64,000 nucleotides of DNA from Balanoglossus misakiensis (Eukaryota > Animalia > Hemichordata): positions 6,789,579-6,853,578 of the forward strand of contig CM082593.2 of the NCBI GenBank assembly GCA_040954595.2, given 5' to 3'. Positions 62,901 through 64,000 of this stretch are shown here, piece after piece (the first letter of the stretch is position 1; each line of letters starts with the position of its first letter). The notes beneath the pieces are model-generated. The model saw nothing but the letters and a program-made list of their open reading frames with translations, had not been told where the DNA came from and did no database searches. The position numbers and the translations under genes are program-made.

Positions 62901-63923
62901 AAGCAAAACTCACATAGACAGTAAGACTTACTGCAAAACAGATTTTGTACTCAAATGAACATTTTCCTTTTGGGATGCTTATGGTTAAAGATCTACAGCT
63001 GCATTCGAAGTAACATATTCCATAAATTTCAGCAACCATGTGATGAACCAACAGGTTTATATGTCACTCAGAGCTGTGAGAATTGAGATCTGTTTAAATT
63101 TGAACAATCAGAGAAAAACACAACTTTGAAAGTTTCGTGAATGTTTCTCTCCACAGGCTGTACATTTGAAGTCGGCGTTGACAGAAAGGGCAACGACCTG
63201 AACGACGGCAAAGAAACTATTGTCAGCAATGCAGGAGAGTGCTGCCAGGTGTGTCGTAACACCCTGGGTTGTAGAGCTTGGAGTTTCGTCAAGGAGGAAG
63301 GACCCTCATTTGGTCAGTGTTGGCTGAAGGACGACACACCACCGGCAATCGTGTCTGACTGCTGTGACTCGGGTTTAGTGCAAGACGGTAAGCAGAGATT
63401 CATTGCAATTACCAAAGTATTGACATTTCTGTTAGTTGATGATTGTTTGCTTCTCCTTTGCCTAAGAATAATCAAGTGAGTGTTGTGTCCAAATATACAA
63501 TCAGATATTCTTTATTTTTTTTATTTTCAACTAGCACAATATGAGCATTATAAGGCACATTAATATCTCACAAAGTTTTTTTACATGACACATATAATGA
63601 TGATCCCAAATTTCTCTTGGTTACTACTAACCCTTTCACCCATTTTGATTTGTAGAGGTCCAATTTTGTCATAGAAAACAATGGATTTGGACCAAACCAT
63701 GGCGGTGAAAGGGTTAAAAAGTTGATTGGTAGAAATCAACTTCACGTTTTTTTTAAATGTTTATTCCAGAGCCTGGTTCCCATGCCGATATTCGATTAGT
63801 TGGCGGGGCTAACGCCAATGAGGGCCGACTGGAAGTGTGGTATAATGGAGAATGGGGTACCGTCTGTGATGACAACTTCAATGAAGTCAGTGCGCAAGTC
63901 GTCTGTCGTCAACTGGGAATCAG
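50863..63923 (+). CDS. Large secretory-pathway mosaic protein (PAN/Apple, kringle, F-type lectin, LDLa, SRCR); 3'-partial, 20 exons, about 1158 aa in window
   Basis: 20 AG/GT-bounded exons join without stops, with domain borders at phase 1. Order: SP-propeptide-acidic-PAN-PAN-KR-FTLD-PAN-KR-Thr/Lys linker-LDLa-PAN-LDLa-SRCR-LDLa-Apple-SRCR(partial). Confidence 0.9.
51822..51882. repeat. 31-bp-period tandem duplication
   Basis: TGTTTACAAGCGGGTTAAAATTTCCGCGAA / TGTTTATAAGCGGGTTAAAATTTCAGTGAA. Confidence 0.8.
52760..52796 (+). CDS. Mosaic protein exon 2 (propeptide)
   Basis: Long T-tract ttacag|GCA..AAG G|gtaaga; [12 protein letters not shown]; bridges phase 0 to phase 1. Confidence 0.8.
53156..53284. 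repeat. Cluster of palindromic (T)CCTATAGGA(A/T)-type repeats
   Basis: Repeated TATAGGAATCCTATAGGA, TATAGGATTCCTACAGG and CCTATAGGAATCCTATAAGA variants. Confidence 0.6.
53302..53408. mobile_element. 107-bp hairpin element with 9-bp flanking direct repeat (Mutator-like MITE)
   Basis: 35-bp inverted repeat with 1 mismatch; flanks GCCGTTGTG (53293-53301) and GTCGTTGTG (53409-53417). Confidence 0.7.
53568..53813 (+). CDS. Mosaic protein exon 3 (furin site and Glu-rich segment)
   Basis: GC-rich ORF, acccag|AC..GAA G|gtcatt; [34 protein letters not shown]..; alternative in-frame acceptor at 53574. Confidence 0.8.
54304..54552 (+). CDS. Mosaic protein exon 4, PAN domain 1
   Basis: [26 protein letters not shown], phase 1-1. 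Confidence 0.92.
55494..55736 (+). CDS. Mosaic protein exon 5, PAN domain 2
   Basis: [26 protein letters not shown], phase 1-1. Confidence 0.92.
55833..55915. mobile_element. Degenerate copy of the short piggyBac-like MITE
   Basis: Core CATGGTTTGGTCCAAATCCATTG..GTTGGAC shared; ends decayed. Confidence 0.6.
56110..56376 (+). CDS. Mosaic protein exon 6, kringle 1
   Basis: [36 protein letters not shown], 6 Cys. Confidence 0.95.
56385..56644. mobile_element. Same foldback MITE family, left-truncated copy
   Basis: Right arm matches about 58133-58290 and ends CTTTGTCCCT-TTAA; contains an inverted repeat of about 80 bp. Confidence 0.8.
56996..57211 (+). CDS. Mosaic protein exon 7, F-type lectin N-half
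   Basis: NVA..AEQSS..ALDG..CTHT..PWWRVDL..NRQDCC. Confidence 0.93.
57702..57917 (+). CDS. Mosaic protein exon 8, F-type lectin C-half
   Basis: [28 protein letters not shown]. Confidence 0.93.
58016..58290. mobile_element. TTAA-flanked foldback MITE, internally deleted copy
   Basis: TTAA-AGGGACAAAGTCTCTCTC..CGCT / AGCG..GAGAGACTTTGTCCCT-TTAA. Confidence 0.85.
58332..58583 (+). CDS. Mosaic protein exon 9, PAN domain 3
   Basis: [26 protein letters not shown]. Confidence 0.92.
58946..59077 (+). CDS. Mosaic protein exon 10, kringle 2 N-half
   Basis: [26 protein letters not shown]. Confidence 0.9.
59381..59551 (+). CDS. Mosaic protein exon 11, kringle 2 C-half and Thr/Lys linker
   Basis: [41 protein letters not shown]. 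Confidence 0.92.
59769..59817 (+). CDS. Mosaic protein exon 12, LDLa 1 N-part
   Basis: tttcag|AA..AC|gtgagt; [15 protein letters not shown]. Confidence 0.85.
60072..60142 (+). CDS. Mosaic protein exon 13, LDLa 1 C-part
   Basis: tttcag|G..TGT G|gtaaga; [23 protein letters not shown]. Confidence 0.9.
60539..60790 (+). CDS. Mosaic protein exon 14, PAN domain 4
   Basis: [25 protein letters not shown]. Confidence 0.92.
61175..61297 (+). CDS. Mosaic protein exon 15, LDLa 2
   Basis: [29 protein letters not shown]. Confidence 0.93.
61438..61600 (+). CDS. Mosaic protein exon 16, SRCR 1 N-half
   Basis: [35 protein letters not shown]. Confidence 0.93.
61690..61791. mobile_element. Tc1/pogo-like MITE (TA target duplication)
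   Basis: TA-CAGTGAAACCTGTC...GACAGATTTCACTG-TA. Confidence 0.8.
61805..61852. repeat. 24-bp tandem duplication
   Basis: GGATGGTGG(T/A)TTAATTGTTGGAGA x2. Confidence 0.85.
61980..62158 (+). CDS. Mosaic protein exon 17, SRCR 1 C-half
   Basis: [33 protein letters not shown] (6-Cys group A SRCR). Confidence 0.93.
62266..62449. mobile_element. TTAA-flanked MITE (Kolobok-like), copy 2, inverted
   Basis: TTAA-AGATATACGGTCAC...GTGACCGTATACCT-TTAA; interior is the reverse complement of 27330-27515. Confidence 0.85.
62484..62636 (+). CDS. Mosaic protein exon 18, LDLa 3 and Pro linker
   Basis: [36 protein letters not shown]. Confidence 0.93.
63157..63387 (+). CDS. Mosaic protein exon 19, 8-Cys Apple/PAN_4-type domain
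   Basis: [36 protein letters not shown]. Confidence 0.88.
63631..63713. mobile_element. Short piggyBac-like MITE
   Basis: CTAA-CCCTTTCACC...GGTGAAAGGG-TTAA; same core as the 2886 copy. Confidence 0.75.
63770..63923 (+). CDS. Mosaic protein exon 20, SRCR 2 N-half (gene continues past window)
   Basis: [33 protein letters not shown]; AG|gtaggg. Confidence 0.92.
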
Positions 63924-64000
63924 GTAGGGTGTACCATAATGAAACACTCCCTCTGATTGGCTGTTTAGTGGAGTTTCATTGCAAATGTTGGCTATTCAAC

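Noticed and set aside
1-64000. CRISPR arrays, rRNA/tRNA genes, prokaryotic systems, autonomous transposase or RT ORFs
   Set aside because: None seen; the sequence is intron-rich eukaryotic DNA and no ORF carries such motifs.

Overview
AT-rich metazoan genomic DNA with GT-AG spliceosomal introns. Gene content and domain mix suggest an invertebrate deuterostome, possibly a hemichordate; this is inference only. I reconstructed three multi-exon protein-coding genes by hand with phase-consistent splice sites. (1) + strand, the 3' 17 exons (27122-35219) of a tandem-GAF cyclic-nucleotide phosphodiesterase of the PDE5/6/11 clade. Its 5' exon(s) lie upstream of the window, so 1-27 kb is most likely one large intron. 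(2) - strand, a complete SPARC/osteonectin gene (6 coding exons, 47750-40199, 293 aa) with a GC-AG intron, convergent with the PDE. (3) + strand, head-to-head with SPARC, the first 20 exons (50863-63923, about 1158 aa, running off the window) of a large secretory-pathway mosaic protein: signal peptide, propeptide with two furin sites, Glu-rich segment, then PAN-PAN-kringle-F-type lectin-PAN-kringle-LDLa-PAN-LDLa-SRCR-LDLa-Apple-SRCR. The best novelty candidate is the N-terminus of gene 3: a propeptide resembling a gamma-carboxylase recognition site, followed by an amphipathic helix, an SSSEEE cluster and a Glu-rich Cys loop, all ahead of plasminogen-like modules. Other points are a candidate 33-nt basic micro-exon in PDE GAF-B next to a CTCF site, many RFX X-boxes in the PDE intron, and several MITE families with TTAA, TA, TTA and 9-bp target duplications.
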